NCBI GenBank assembly: GCA_030530765.1
Contig: JAUMUH010000001.1
Span: 2,208 to 66,207, forward strand
From: Rothia sp. (in: high G+C Gram-positive bacteria)
GTDB lineage: Bacteria > Actinomycetota > Actinomycetes > Actinomycetales > Micrococcaceae
Length of the DNA stretch: 64,000 nt
Reading direction: 5' to 3'
The notes below the pieces were generated by a model. That model had not been told where the DNA came from. It did no database searches and was given only the letters and a program-made list of their open reading frames with translations. Positions within the stretch are counted from its first letter, which is position 1. Every line of letters starts with the position of its first letter. A program made the translations under genes and the position numbers. Below, in pieces: positions 1 through 9,272 of this stretch.

Positions 1-66
1 CGCAACGCGGTGAAGAAAGGCATTGGCACCGTGCTTAACCTCTGGGACACCCCCGCCATGGCATAG
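1..66 (+). CDS. 3' end of an unidentified gene running in from outside the window
   Basis: Open frame RNAVKKGIGTVLNLWDTPAMA ending in TAG at 64-66, followed by hairpins and converging on pepO. Confidence 0.4.
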   Translation, partial: RNAVKKGIGTVLNLWDTPAMA

Positions 67-163
67 CCCCCAGCTTTTAGGCATTGGTGCAGAAAATCGT
101 TTTTGGTGCAGATTTTCTACACCACATCAGAAAAACTGCACCAACCCAAACCCTTTGCGCAAC

Positions 164-200
164 GAAAGGACGCCGGTGAGTTACTCACCGGCGTCCTTTC
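164..200. terminator. Perfect hairpin, probable bidirectional terminator built from two inverted AGGACGCCG motifs
   Basis: gaaaggacgccggtgag-tta-ctcaccggcgtcctttc, 17-bp arms, just past the pepO stop. Confidence 0.8.
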
Positions 201-223
201 AGCTTATACACCTACGCGAGGGG

Positions 224-2200
224 CTACCAGATCTTGACGCGTTCCTGCGGTTCCAGGTAGAGGTCACTGCCCGGCTGCACATTGAAAGCCTCGTAGAACT
301 CATCAATGTTGCGCACCACCCCGTTGACGCGGAACTGATCGGGGGAGTGAGGGTCTACCTGTATCATCATTTCCATCCACTGAGGCCTAGCCTTAGTGCG
401 CCAACCCTGCGCCCAAGCAATAAAGACCCGCTGGGTAGCGGTCAAACCGTCCAGCACCGGTGCGGTCTCTAGGGTTAGCCCCGCCCGTTCCAGGGCAATC
501 TTATATGCCTTCAGAGCAATAGATAGGCCGCCCAGGTCACCAATGTTCTCACCCAGGGTCAGCTCGCCGTTGACGGTGAACTTCTCAGGGTCTAAACCGT
601 CTGGGGTATAGCTGTTGTACTGGTCAACCAGGGTGGCGGTGCGGGCGGTGAACTCGGTGCGGTCATCCTCTGTCCACCAGTTATTGAGGGCACCGGTGCC
701 GTCATACTTAGAGCCCTGGTCATCAAAACCATGGCCAATCTCGTGCCCAATCACACCACCAATAGCGCCGTAATTCACCGCATCATCAGCGTCCACATCA
801 AAGTAGGGTGCCTGCAGAATTGCCGCCGGGAAAACAATCTCATTGGCAGGGGGCATGTAGTAGGCGTTAACGGTTTGCGGGGTCATCAGCCACTCGGTCT
901 TATCAACCGGCTGCCCGATCCTGCCCAGCTGAAACTCGTGCTCAAACAAGGACGCCCGGCGCAGGTTCTCAAAGAGATCATCGGTTAGCTCAAGGGCAGA
1001 GTAGTCACGCCACTTATCGGGGTAACCAATCTTGGTCACGAACTGGCCCAGCTTCTCAAGGGCACGGGCGCGGGTTTCCTCGGTCATCCAATCCAGCTCG
1101 GTGATGGAACGGCGGTAGGCCTCCAGCAGGTCTTCAACCAGCTGCAGCATCTTCTGCTTGTGGCTGGGCGGGAAGTGCACGGCAACGTACTCCTTGCCCA
1201 CCTCTTCACCGATGAACTGCTCAACCACACCAACACCGCGCTTCCAACGCTCGCGCTGCTGCTCAGAGCCAGAGAGAGTCTTGCCGTAGAAGTTGAAGTT
1301 CTCTTCAGAGATTTCAGCAGTCAGATAGGGGGCGCGGGCGTGCGCCATCTGCCAGACGTACCAGAGCTTCCAGATGAAGAGCGGCTCGGTTGCCCACATC
1401 TTTGATACAGCCTCAAAGTAGGAGGGTTGGTTAACAATGACGGTGCCAAAAGCCTCGGTGCTGCCACCTAGCCCCTCAATCCAGGAGGTGAAGGGGAAGC
1501 CAGGGAACTTCTCTTCAAGGTCGGCAGCTGCCACCGGGTTATAGCGCAAATCAGCGTTGCGGTTCTTGACGGTATCCCAGTGGTGGGAGGCAAGCTCAGT
1601 TTCATGCACCAGCACTGCTTTAGCGGCATCGGCTGCGGGCAGGCCAAAGTTCTCAGCCAGACCGGTCAGCTCAAACATGCGGGTAATGTGCGCCAGGTAG
1701 GCCTCACGAATCTCGGCGTACTTCTCTTCACGGTAGTAGCTCTCATCAGGCAGACCCAGACCGGTCTGGGTCAGGTAGAGAACATACTTCTCAGGGTTCT
1801 TAGCGTCAATGCTGGTGAACCAGCCAAAGACAGAACCGTGCCCCTTGGTATCAAGGTCAGCCCAAGCCGCAACCAGGTCATCGGGGGTTGCCGCCGCCAG
1901 AACAGGTGCCGCTTCATCGAGTAGCGGGGTGAGGGCGTCCTGCTCAATCTTCTCGGTGTTCATGAAGGAGTTATAGAGAGCACCAATGCGGGAGTCAGGC
2001 TGCTCGGTGGCGAACTTCTCTACAATCTCACGCACATGCTTCTCAGCATCATCGCGCAGAAAGTACATGCCGCCGTCCTTGGAACGGTCTGCGGGGATCT
2101 CATAGGAGTCATACCACTTGCCGTTGACGTAACGGAAGAAGTCATCGGCAGGGTTCACTGCCGGGTCTAGCTGGCTAATATCAATACCGGAATGTGTCAT
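224..2200 (-). CDS. pepO: M13 family zinc metallopeptidase (neprilysin/PepO-like)
   Basis: 658 aa; DDFFRYVNGKW N-terminus, VNAYY, HEIGH zinc motif, GENIGD, DPHSP; TAAAAT -10 lies 7 nt before the ATG (leaderless). Confidence 0.93.
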   Translation of the reverse strand: MTHSGIDISQLDPAVNPADDFFRYVNGKWYDSYEIPADRSKDGGMYFLRDDAEKHVREIVEKFATEQPDSRIGALYNSFMNTEKIEQDALTPLLDEAAPVLAAATPDDLVAAWADLDTKGHGSVFGWFTSIDAKNPEKYVLYLTQTGLGLPDESYYREEKYAEIREAYLAHITRMFELTGLAENFGLPAADAAKAVLVHETELASHHWDTVKNRNADLRYNPVAAADLEEKFPGFPFTSWIEGLGGSTEAFGTVIVNQPSYFEAVSKMWATEPLFIWKLWYVWQMAHARAPYLTAEISEENFNFYGKTLSGSEQQRERWKRGVGVVEQFIGEEVGKEYVAVHFPPSHKQKMLQLVEDLLEAYRRSITELDWMTEETRARALEKLGQFVTKIGYPDKWRDYSALELTDDLFENLRRASLFEHEFQLGRIGQPVDKTEWLMTPQTVNAYYMPPANEIVFPAAILQAPYFDVDADDAVNYGAIGGVIGHEIGHGFDDQGSKYDGTGALNNWWTEDDRTEFTARTATLVDQYNSYTPDGLDPEKFTVNGELTLGENIGDLGGLSIALKAYKIALERAGLTLETAPVLDGLTATQRVFIAWAQGWRTKARPQWMEMMIQVDPHSPDQFRVNGVVRNIDEFYEAFNVQPGSDLYLEPQERVKIW

Positions 2201-2307
2201 ACACCCTATTTTATGGGTAAGGACGTTACGCTGCGGCTTGAGTGCGGGGCTTTGGCTCAGAGCGTGAGCGGCGGGTGTTTGTATGGGTCTTTACTGGCTG
2301 CTGGTGC

Positions 2308-2329
2308 GAACGCCGCGCCCCGCCGTCCT
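2308..2329 (+). repeat. Full-length copy of the dispersed GC-rich motif (gaacgccgcgccccgccgtcct); partial copy at 2355-2366
   Basis: Matches 47510-47531 at 20/22 positions; its last 15 nt are the exact reverse complement of 4094-4108. Confidence 0.85.
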
Positions 2330-2368
2330 TCCCGCTACCTCCGAGACCGCCGAACCCCGCCGTCCCGC

Positions 2369-2429
2369 CGAAAATTGCACGAAATGCACCTTTTTAGCTG
2401 CTAGAAAGGTGCATTTCGTGCAATTTTCG
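2369..2429. repeat. 61-bp near-perfect palindrome
   Basis: cgaaaattgcacgaaatgcacctttttagc-t-gctagaaaggtgcatttcgtgcaattttcg; 30-bp arms, one mismatch, 1-nt centre; lies between divergent genes. Confidence 0.95.
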
Positions 2430-2494
2430 TCAGCGCAGCCTGTGGGCAAACTTACTATTACATGCAGGGCTGCAAAGCTGTAAGCTTGTTGCTT

Positions 2495-4012
2495 ATGTCT
2501 TCTACGCACACCCCCTCGCAGAACCCCGCCACGGGTAGTCAAAAAAAGCTAGAACCGGCGGCGCACACCGCGTCCATGCCGGTGGCCCACAAACTTGAAA
2601 AAGCCGAATTCCTGCTACTTGCCATCATGGTGGTTGCAGCCTTCGTGCTCATTCTCAATGAAACCCTGCTGGGTGTTGCCCTGCCTAATATCATGAGCGA
2701 CCTGGGCATCACCGCATCCACCGCCCAGTGGACCTCCACCGGCTTCATGCTCACCATGGCAGTGGTCACCCCCGCCTCAGGCTTCATCATTTCCCGCTAT
2801 TCCATCCGCACCGTCTTCGTCGGTGCAATGGCCGTGTTCTCCCTGGGGACGCTGGTAGCAGCCACCGCCCCCGGCATCGCCTTCCTGCTGCTGGGGCGTG
2901 TGCTGCAGGCATCCGGAACCGGCGTCATGATGCCCCTGCTCATGACCACCATGATGCGCCTGGTAGCCCCCAGCAAAATTGGTCAAGCCATGGGCATCAT
3001 CGGCATGGTCATCTCAGCTGCACCCGCCATGGGCCCCACCGTCTCAGGTCTCATTCTCAGCATGGGCAGCTGGCGCCTGCTTTTCTGGCTGATTCTGCCC
3101 ATTGGCATCATCGCCCTGCTCATCGGTATGCGGCTCGCCCCGGCAGACGCCAGCCAGGGCAGCGACCAGAAACTCGATGCGCTCTCCATGCTGCTCTCAA
3201 CCCTGGGCTTCGGCGGCCTGGTGCTAGGTCTTTCCTCCATGGGTGGCGAATCAGCCCACGGCGGCGCCCATCTGCCCGTCAATCCCTGGGTTATCGTCAT
3301 TGCAGCTGCCGCCATCATCGCTATCTTTGTCTGGCGTCAAATCAAACTGCAAGCCCGCGGCCCCTTCATGGACATGCGCATCTTCCGTGCCCGCCCCTTC
3401 ACCCTCACCGTGCTCATGAGCTCCATCGGCATGGGCGTCATGCTGGGCACCGCCATCCTCATCCCGCTCTACACCGCAAACGTGCTGGGAATCAGTGCCC
3501 TAGCAACCGGTCTCATGCTGCTACCCGGCGGCGTGCTCATGGCAGTGCTCAGCCCCGTTGTTGGGCGCCTATCCGACCGCTTCGGCGCTCGCGCCCTGGT
3601 GCTGCCTGGCGCTGTGCTTTTTAGCGCCTCAATTTGGTTGATGAGTACCTTCTCAGTCTCCACCCAGCAGTGGTACATCATTGCCACCTACATGCTGATG
3701 ACCTTCTCACTGCCCTTCATCAATACCCCCATGATGGGTATGGGTCTGGGGTCTTTGCCGCAGCATCTCACTGCCTTTGGCTCTTCCGCTATGACTACCT
3801 TCCAGCAGGTCTCAGGTGCAGCGGCAACCGCTGTCTTTGTGGCGCTGCTGGGTATGGGCGCTGCCGCCCACGGCGGTGAGGGTATTGAGGCCTATATGGC
3901 AGGTGTACACCTGGCATTCTTGGTAGCTGCCTTCTTGTCCTTTGGATCGATTCTTATTGCCCTCTTTGTGCCGAGCGGTAAGCAGGTGCCCAGCGGACAT
4001 ATGGGACACTAG
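2495..4012 (+). CDS. DHA2 family (EmrB/QacA, LmrB-like) MFS efflux transporter
   Basis: LNETLLGVALP, QWxxTGFML, GRVLQASG, APAMGPTVSG motifs; ~14 hydrophobic segments; start moved to ATG 2495 after a TAAGCT -10. Confidence 0.88.
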   Translation: MSSTHTPSQNPATGSQKKLEPAAHTASMPVAHKLEKAEFLLLAIMVVAAFVLILNETLLGVALPNIMSDLGITASTAQWTSTGFMLTMAVVTPASGFIISRYSIRTVFVGAMAVFSLGTLVAATAPGIAFLLLGRVLQASGTGVMMPLLMTTMMRLVAPSKIGQAMGIIGMVISAAPAMGPTVSGLILSMGSWRLLFWLILPIGIIALLIGMRLAPADASQGSDQKLDALSMLLSTLGFGGLVLGLSSMGGESAHGGAHLPVNPWVIVIAAAAIIAIFVWRQIKLQARGPFMDMRIFRARPFTLTVLMSSIGMGVMLGTAILIPLYTANVLGISALATGLMLLPGGVLMAVLSPVVGRLSDRFGARALVLPGAVLFSASIWLMSTFSVSTQQWYIIATYMLMTFSLPFINTPMMGMGLGSLPQHLTAFGSSAMTTFQQVSGAAATAVFVALLGMGAAAHGGEGIEAYMAGVHLAFLVAAFLSFGSILIALFVPSGKQVPSGHMGH

Positions 4013-4027
4013 CCCTTCTCTGTGCAT

Positions 4028-4072
4028 CTGAGGCCCGCTCTCACTAGAGGTGAAAGCGGGCCTTAGGTTTTT
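4028..4072 (+). terminator. Rho-independent terminator
   Basis: ctgaggcccgctctcac...gtgaaagcgggccttag stem followed by gttttt. Confidence 0.75.
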
Positions 4073-4093
4073 AAGGAGGAGTGAGACGGCAGA

Positions 4094-4108
4094 AGGACGG
4101 CGGGGCGC
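4094..4108 (-). repeat. Copy of the dispersed motif (aggacggcggggcgc)
   Basis: Exact reverse complement of 2315-2329. Confidence 0.85.
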
Positions 4109-4571
4109 CAGCTGTCTGCTGGAGATGGGAAAGCTGGTAGTTTGCTGATGATAGATACCCATAATTTGTCGGCAGGTCGGAGATTGCCAACCGTGAGGGG
4201 TTTAATAATTTCGTCCTACGGGGCATTTTTGCTAGTCATGAGCTATTTTTACAGCTTGCCTTGCCCCCATAAATAGCTACAAATTCAGGGGGTGGCAGGT
4301 CGCACCTTTTTAAGTTTCTGCAGGTGGTTGGTTCCCTGTAGGCTCGCGAATTTTTTTTAGATGAACAGTACAAATAGAGATTGCAAAATTTTCAAAAACA
4401 GCCCACAGTATTTACCTCTAAATACAGCCTGTGTGGGGTTTTCTTCTGACGCTATGGCGCCTGTTGGTAGAGAGTTATCCCATGTAGAGTTCATATTACT
4501 CTTCTGAAAGTCGGCCTCCCACCGGCTATAAAGCAGAAGGGTGTCCTAACCCCATAACTAAAGGTATTACC

Positions 4572-5387
4572 ATGAAACACCTCGTAAAGGGCCTGACCCT
4601 TCTCGGAGCTTCCGTAGCTCTAGTTAGCTCATCCTTTAGCGCAGCTACTGCTGCACCCGATACAACCCTAGAAGGCGCCTCTGCCTCTCCTTACATCATT
4701 GGCGGTTCTCAAGCTCAAAGCCCTTGGGCTGTTCAGCTTAAGTTCCGCTCACAGGGGCAAGCAGGCACCTTCGCCTGCACCGGCGAGCAGATCAACTCTC
4801 AGTGGGTGCTGACTGCTAAGCACTGCATCGACGGTGCTTACGGTATGCAAGTTTACAAGTCCAACAGCCAGATTAACCCTGGCACCCCCATCAGTGTTGA
4901 TCGGATGGTCGCCGCACCCCAGGGTGATATCGCGCTGGTACGTTTGTCTCAGCAGAGCCCGCTGGCGTCCTACCCTCAGCTAGACCTCAACTACAAGCCC
5001 CGGTACGGTGACACCGGTACCATCATGGGCTACGGTCTGGGTGCTAACTCCCAGCCCACCACCACCTTGCGCTCTGCCGCAGTTCGCGTTGACGGTAACT
5101 CCTACGACGCTTACTACGGCTCTGCTGTTCACGTTTCTGGTGTTACCGGTGCCGCTAACCACGGCGACTCCGGTGGCCCCCTGCTCATCAACGGCAAGAT
5201 TGTTGCTGTTTGCTCAACCGGTGACCAGGCAGACCCCGGTGCTAACATCAACGCCGGGTCAAACTACGCCCTGCTGTCACAGGTTAGCTCTTGGATCACT
5301 TCAACCGCTGGTCTCAACAGTGGCCCCGTGGTAGAGCCCGCCCAGGATGTTGACTCTACCCAGGAGCTTATCCCCGCAGCGGCATAA
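4572..5387 (+). CDS. Secreted S1 (trypsin/chymotrypsin fold) serine protease
   Basis: Signal peptide ending ATA-A, mature IIGG start, TAKHC, GDIALVRL and GDSGGP catalytic triad motifs. Confidence 0.92.
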   Translation: MKHLVKGLTLLGASVALVSSSFSAATAAPDTTLEGASASPYIIGGSQAQSPWAVQLKFRSQGQAGTFACTGEQINSQWVLTAKHCIDGAYGMQVYKSNSQINPGTPISVDRMVAAPQGDIALVRLSQQSPLASYPQLDLNYKPRYGDTGTIMGYGLGANSQPTTTLRSAAVRVDGNSYDAYYGSAVHVSGVTGAANHGDSGGPLLINGKIVAVCSTGDQADPGANINAGSNYALLSQVSSWITSTAGLNSGPVVEPAQDVDSTQELIPAAA

Positions 5388-5498
5388 CCCCTGGCGCCCA
5401 ACATCAGGGTTGGTGTAACCAGTTGCCATAAGGCTCTGTGGTCACCCCGGTAGATAGCCGGTTGGTTGCAGAAAATAGGCTGGTGGCACCATATCTCA

Positions 5499-5540
5499 GC
5501 TAAGGCAGGGAAGAATTTTCTTCCCTGCTTTAGCCCTTTT
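5499..5540 (+). terminator. Hairpin, probable terminator
   Basis: gctaaggcagggaaga-attt-tcttccctgctttagc followed by cctttt. Confidence 0.65.
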
Positions 5541-5569
5541 AAACACTCTTGGGAATTAGGGTAGTGCGT

Positions 5570-6553
5570 ATGAGTATTGCATACCGTCAGCTGGGCAAAA
5601 GTGGCTTGACCGTTTCGTCTGTGGGTCTGGGTTGCAACAACCTGGGCAGAGAAAAGACCGACACTGAAAGCCAACAGGGCACCAACCGGGTGCTAGAAGC
5701 TGCCCTTGAAGCCGGCATCACCCTCTTTGACCTGGCAGATATTTACGGGGCGCAGCCCGGGGTGTCTGAAACCATGTTTGGGTGCGCCCTGCGCGAGCTG
5801 GGAGTGCCCCGAGATGAGATTGTTATCGCCAGCAAGTTCGGGCTGGACGCCGGCGGGCTGCAGGGCAAGGACTTTGGCGTGCGCGGCTCCCGCCGTTACA
5901 TCATGCAGGCGGTTGAAGGTTCCCTGGCGCGATTGGGTGTGGATTACCTTGACCTCTACTTTCACCACACCCCCGACCCTGCCACCCCTATTGAAGAGAC
6001 CTTGGCGGCACTGGGCGCCCTGATTGAGCAGGGGAAGGTGCGCTATGTGGGTAGCTCCAACTACTCTGGCTGGCAGATAGCCCAGGCGGAATATATAGGC
6101 CGTGAGTTGGGGGTACGCTACATTGCCGCTGAAAATCACTACAACCTGCTAGACCGCCGGGCAGAACTTGAAGTGCTACCAGCTGCGCGCAACCTGGGGC
6201 TGGGCGTCCTGCCCTACTTCCCCCTGGCTAACGGGTTGCTGACCGGTAAGTACAACCCCGGCAAAGGGGGAGTGGGGCGGCTGACCCGCATCAAGCCCCA
6301 GCTGCTTGAAACGGCTAACTGGCAGCAGCTACAGGCCTTCTCAGATTTTGCTGCCGACCGCGGGCTGAGCGAAATTGAGGTTGCCTTCTCGTGGCTGGCA
6401 CAGCAAGAACCGGTTTCCTCCGTCATCGCCGGTGCCACTAACGCCGAGCAGGTTGCCGCTAACGCCGCTGCCATTAGCACCCGCTTCAGCGCAGAAGACC
6501 TGGCAGCCCTCGATGAGATTTTCCCGGCACCCCAAAAAATCGCCCTCTTCTAA
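5570..6553 (+). CDS. Aldo/keto reductase
   Basis: YRQLGKSGLTVSSVGLGCN, DLADIYG, IASKFG, SLARLGVDYLDLY, PYFPLANGLLTGKY; TAGGGT -10 lies 7 nt before ATG 5570. Confidence 0.93.
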   Translation: MSIAYRQLGKSGLTVSSVGLGCNNLGREKTDTESQQGTNRVLEAALEAGITLFDLADIYGAQPGVSETMFGCALRELGVPRDEIVIASKFGLDAGGLQGKDFGVRGSRRYIMQAVEGSLARLGVDYLDLYFHHTPDPATPIEETLAALGALIEQGKVRYVGSSNYSGWQIAQAEYIGRELGVRYIAAENHYNLLDRRAELEVLPAARNLGLGVLPYFPLANGLLTGKYNPGKGGVGRLTRIKPQLLETANWQQLQAFSDFAADRGLSEIEVAFSWLAQQEPVSSVIAGATNAEQVAANAAAISTRFSAEDLAALDEIFPAPQKIALF

Positions 6554-6639
6554 AGGGAAGGTGCGCCCCGCCGTCCACCTGTTGCTTGCTTTTGCCGATA
6601 TAGGTCTAGAATTACCCCTTGTTAACACAAAGGAGCAGC

Positions 6640-7872
6640 ATGACCAACCCCCACCCCGCCCGGGTGAACCTCTACACCTGGATTATCTGTTTAGGCGGGT
6701 TCCTCTTTGGCTACGACACCGGCATTATCAACGGGGCACTACCCTTCCTACAACAGGACTTCCGCCTCACCCCCGCCGCTGAAGGCATCGCCACCTCAGC
6801 CCTCACCCTGGGGGCAGCCTTTGGCGCACTGGTAGCAGGGCAGCTCATTGACCGCTTTGGCCGCCGCCGCGTGCTACTGGCGCTGGCACTGGCCTTTGTT
6901 GCAGGCTCCCTGGGGCTTGCCGCCTCCCACGCCCTACCGCTCTTTGTGCTCTTCCGCGTCATCATCGGCCTAGCCGTCGGTGCGGCATCTGCCGTGGTGC
7001 CCATCTACCTGGCCGAAATCTCACCGGCAAACCGCCGTGGCTCAGTGGTCACCCGCAACCAGTTCATGATTGTCACCGGTCAGCTGGCAGCCTACGTCAC
7101 CAACGCCATTCTGGGCAACGTTTACGCCCATGAGGTGATGATTTGGCGCGTCATGTTTGCGGTCTCCATCATCCCCGCCATCCTGCTCTTTGCCGGCATG
7201 CTGATCGTGCCCGAATCCCCCCGCTACCGTAAGGACGCCACTGTGCAGCGCGGGGCGGTAGGGCAACTCTGGCGCGACCCAGCACTGCGCACCCTGCTGC
7301 TCACCGCAGCCGCCATCGGCATCGTGCAACAGGCAACCGGCGTCAACGCTCTCATGTACTATGGCACCCAGGTGCTCCGCGAAGCAGGGTTCTCAACCGA
7401 CGCTGCGCTCACCGCCAACATCTCCAACGGCGTGCTCTCAGTGATTGGCGCTGGCGTTGGCCTCTGGTTTGTGGGTAAATACCCCCGCCGCACCGTGCTC
7501 ACCATCGGCCTAGCAGGTACCACCTTCTCGCTGGCAGCCCTCGCCGCCAGCTCCCAATTCCTAGACGCGGCAGCCCGCCCCTGGGCAACCCTGCTCATCT
7601 CCATCATCTTTCTGATCTTTCAGCAGGGTGCCGTCTCACCGGTCACCTGGGTGCTCATGAGCGAACTTGTCCCAGCATCCGTACGCGGGGCAGGCATGGG
7701 AGTGGCAACCTTCGTCTCCTGGATAGCGAACTTCGCCGTCTCCCTCACCTTCCCCCTGCTACTGGCAGCCCTGGGACTAGGCTCCACCTTCGCCCTCTTC
7801 GCCGTTATCGGCCTGGGGCTTATTGCTTTTACACGGGCGCGGGTACCAGAGACAGCGGGGAGGGAGATTTAG
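6640..7872 (+). CDS. Sugar porter family MFS transporter (IolT-like, with a short central loop)
   Basis: GGFLFGYDTGIINGA, DRFGRR, PIYLAEI, PESPR, QQATGVNALMYY, PET; AAGGAG RBS before ATG 6640. Confidence 0.9.
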   Translation: MTNPHPARVNLYTWIICLGGFLFGYDTGIINGALPFLQQDFRLTPAAEGIATSALTLGAAFGALVAGQLIDRFGRRRVLLALALAFVAGSLGLAASHALPLFVLFRVIIGLAVGAASAVVPIYLAEISPANRRGSVVTRNQFMIVTGQLAAYVTNAILGNVYAHEVMIWRVMFAVSIIPAILLFAGMLIVPESPRYRKDATVQRGAVGQLWRDPALRTLLLTAAAIGIVQQATGVNALMYYGTQVLREAGFSTDAALTANISNGVLSVIGAGVGLWFVGKYPRRTVLTIGLAGTTFSLAALAASSQFLDAAARPWATLLISIIFLIFQQGAVSPVTWVLMSELVPASVRGAGMGVATFVSWIANFAVSLTFPLLLAALGLGSTFALFAVIGLGLIAFTRARVPETAGREI

Positions 7873-8180
7873 GGGTATCTGGCGCGCAATCGGATTGTTG
7901 GTACACCCTGGTGTGGCATTGTCTCCCTGCAATACCTGGATTTTTTGCGGTTACTAGCAATGTGGAGCTGGTCGTGTTTGAGATCTTAATAGGGACTGTT
8001 AAGGTGCCGTTGTATTCACTGTCGTCACAAACGTTCTCAATCTTAATTTGGGTGCACGTGCCATTATAAGAGCTAGTCTAACCGCAAGGTACTTGGTGCT
8101 GCTGAAGTCTACCGGTTGTTTTAGCCGTGAGTTTGCTGAAGCGATCAAGCGTGAGGCGAAATTTAGAAATTTTGTTAATA

Positions 8181-8215
8181 TGTCAGTACAAATATTGACA
8201 GGACAAAGTGACATA
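8181..8215 (+). promoter_or_regulatory. iol operon promoter with tandem IolR-like operators
   Basis: TGTCAGTACA (8181-8190), TTGACA -35 (8195-8200) overlapping TGACAGGACAAAGTGACATA; related boxes occur at 13861, 18678 and 22111. Confidence 0.7.
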
Positions 8216-8281
8216 GTGCACGCTAGTAGTAGACCGCTTTGGCGTGAAGCCGAACCGCAGACTGTAAGTAAAGGACACTAA

Positions 8282-9247
8282 ATGTACGAGCTGTTGACTA
8301 TGGGTCGCATCAGTGTAGACGTCTACCCCGATGATATTGGCGTAGGGCTTGAAGACGTCACCACTTTCCGCAAATACCTGGGTGGTTCCCCCTCCAATGT
8401 GGCTGTTGCGGCAGCTAAGTACGGTCATAAAACTTCCGTCATTACCAGCGTAGGTGATGACCCCTTCGGTATTTACCTGCGCCGGGAACTCAACCGCTAT
8501 GGCTCAGACGATAAAAATGTCATCGTTAACTCCAACTTGCAGACTTGCGTGACTTTCTGCGCTATTAAGCCTCTGGAAGATTTCCCTCTCTACTTTTATG
8601 GCCGCTTCCCAACTGCCCCTGACCTGCAGATTATGAAGGGTCAGATTGATACAGAAGCTGTAAGGGAAGCGCAGATTTTCTGGACCACCCTCACGGGCCT
8701 TTGCCAGGAACCCTCTCGTGAAGCTCAGCTATACGCTCATGATGCCCGCCCCCGAGAGAAACTGGCAGAAGGTCAGCACACCATTCTAGACCTGGACTAC
8801 CGCCCCATGTTCTGGGCCAAGCTAGAAGACGCCACTGCGGCTGCTAGGGAATCTCTGAAGTATGCCACCATTGCTATTGGCAATCGTGAAGAATGTGCCA
8901 CCGCAGTAGGTGATGGTACCCCCGATGAGCAGGCTGACCGCCTTCTTGAGGCCGGTGTCAAAATTGCTGTTGTCAAGATGGGTGCCAACGGTGTCATGGC
9001 AAAAACTGCTACTGAACGCATCGTCTCAGCCCCCGTTCCCGTTGAAACAGCTAACGGTCTAGGTGCTGGAGATTCCTTTGGTGGCGCCTTCACTCACGGC
9101 ATCCTTTCGGGTTGGCCCCTACAGCAGGTATTAGATTTCGCTAACGCTGCTGGCGCTATCGTTGCTTCGCAGATTGCCTGCTCCGAGGCTATGCCCGTCG
9201 AGTCAGAGGTCAAGGCTCTGCTTGAAGAACGCGGTCGAGGCTTCTAA
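8282..9247 (+). CDS. iolC: 5-dehydro-2-deoxygluconokinase (PfkB family)
   Basis: MGRISVDVYP, KYLGGSPSNVAVAAA, LDLDYRP, NGLGAGDSF; first gene of the iol operon. Confidence 0.92.
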   Translation: MYELLTMGRISVDVYPDDIGVGLEDVTTFRKYLGGSPSNVAVAAAKYGHKTSVITSVGDDPFGIYLRRELNRYGSDDKNVIVNSNLQTCVTFCAIKPLEDFPLYFYGRFPTAPDLQIMKGQIDTEAVREAQIFWTTLTGLCQEPSREAQLYAHDARPREKLAEGQHTILDLDYRPMFWAKLEDATAAARESLKYATIAIGNREECATAVGDGTPDEQADRLLEAGVKIAVVKMGANGVMAKTATERIVSAPVPVETANGLGAGDSFGGAFTHGILSGWPLQQVLDFANAAGAIVASQIACSEAMPVESEVKALLEERGRGF

Positions 9248-9272
9248 TTACACGAGAGTAAGAGAAAGTATC

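Noticed and set aside
2728-3624. His/Arg-rich 298-aa alternative-frame ORF, and similar shadow ORFs such as 41084-41956 and 51180-51917
   Set aside because: Expected by-products of GC3-rich codon usage within or opposite clear genes.
4399-4411. 13-bp match cagcccacagtat also at 42349-42361
   Set aside because: 13-mer matches are expected by chance in 64 kb and the flanks do not extend.
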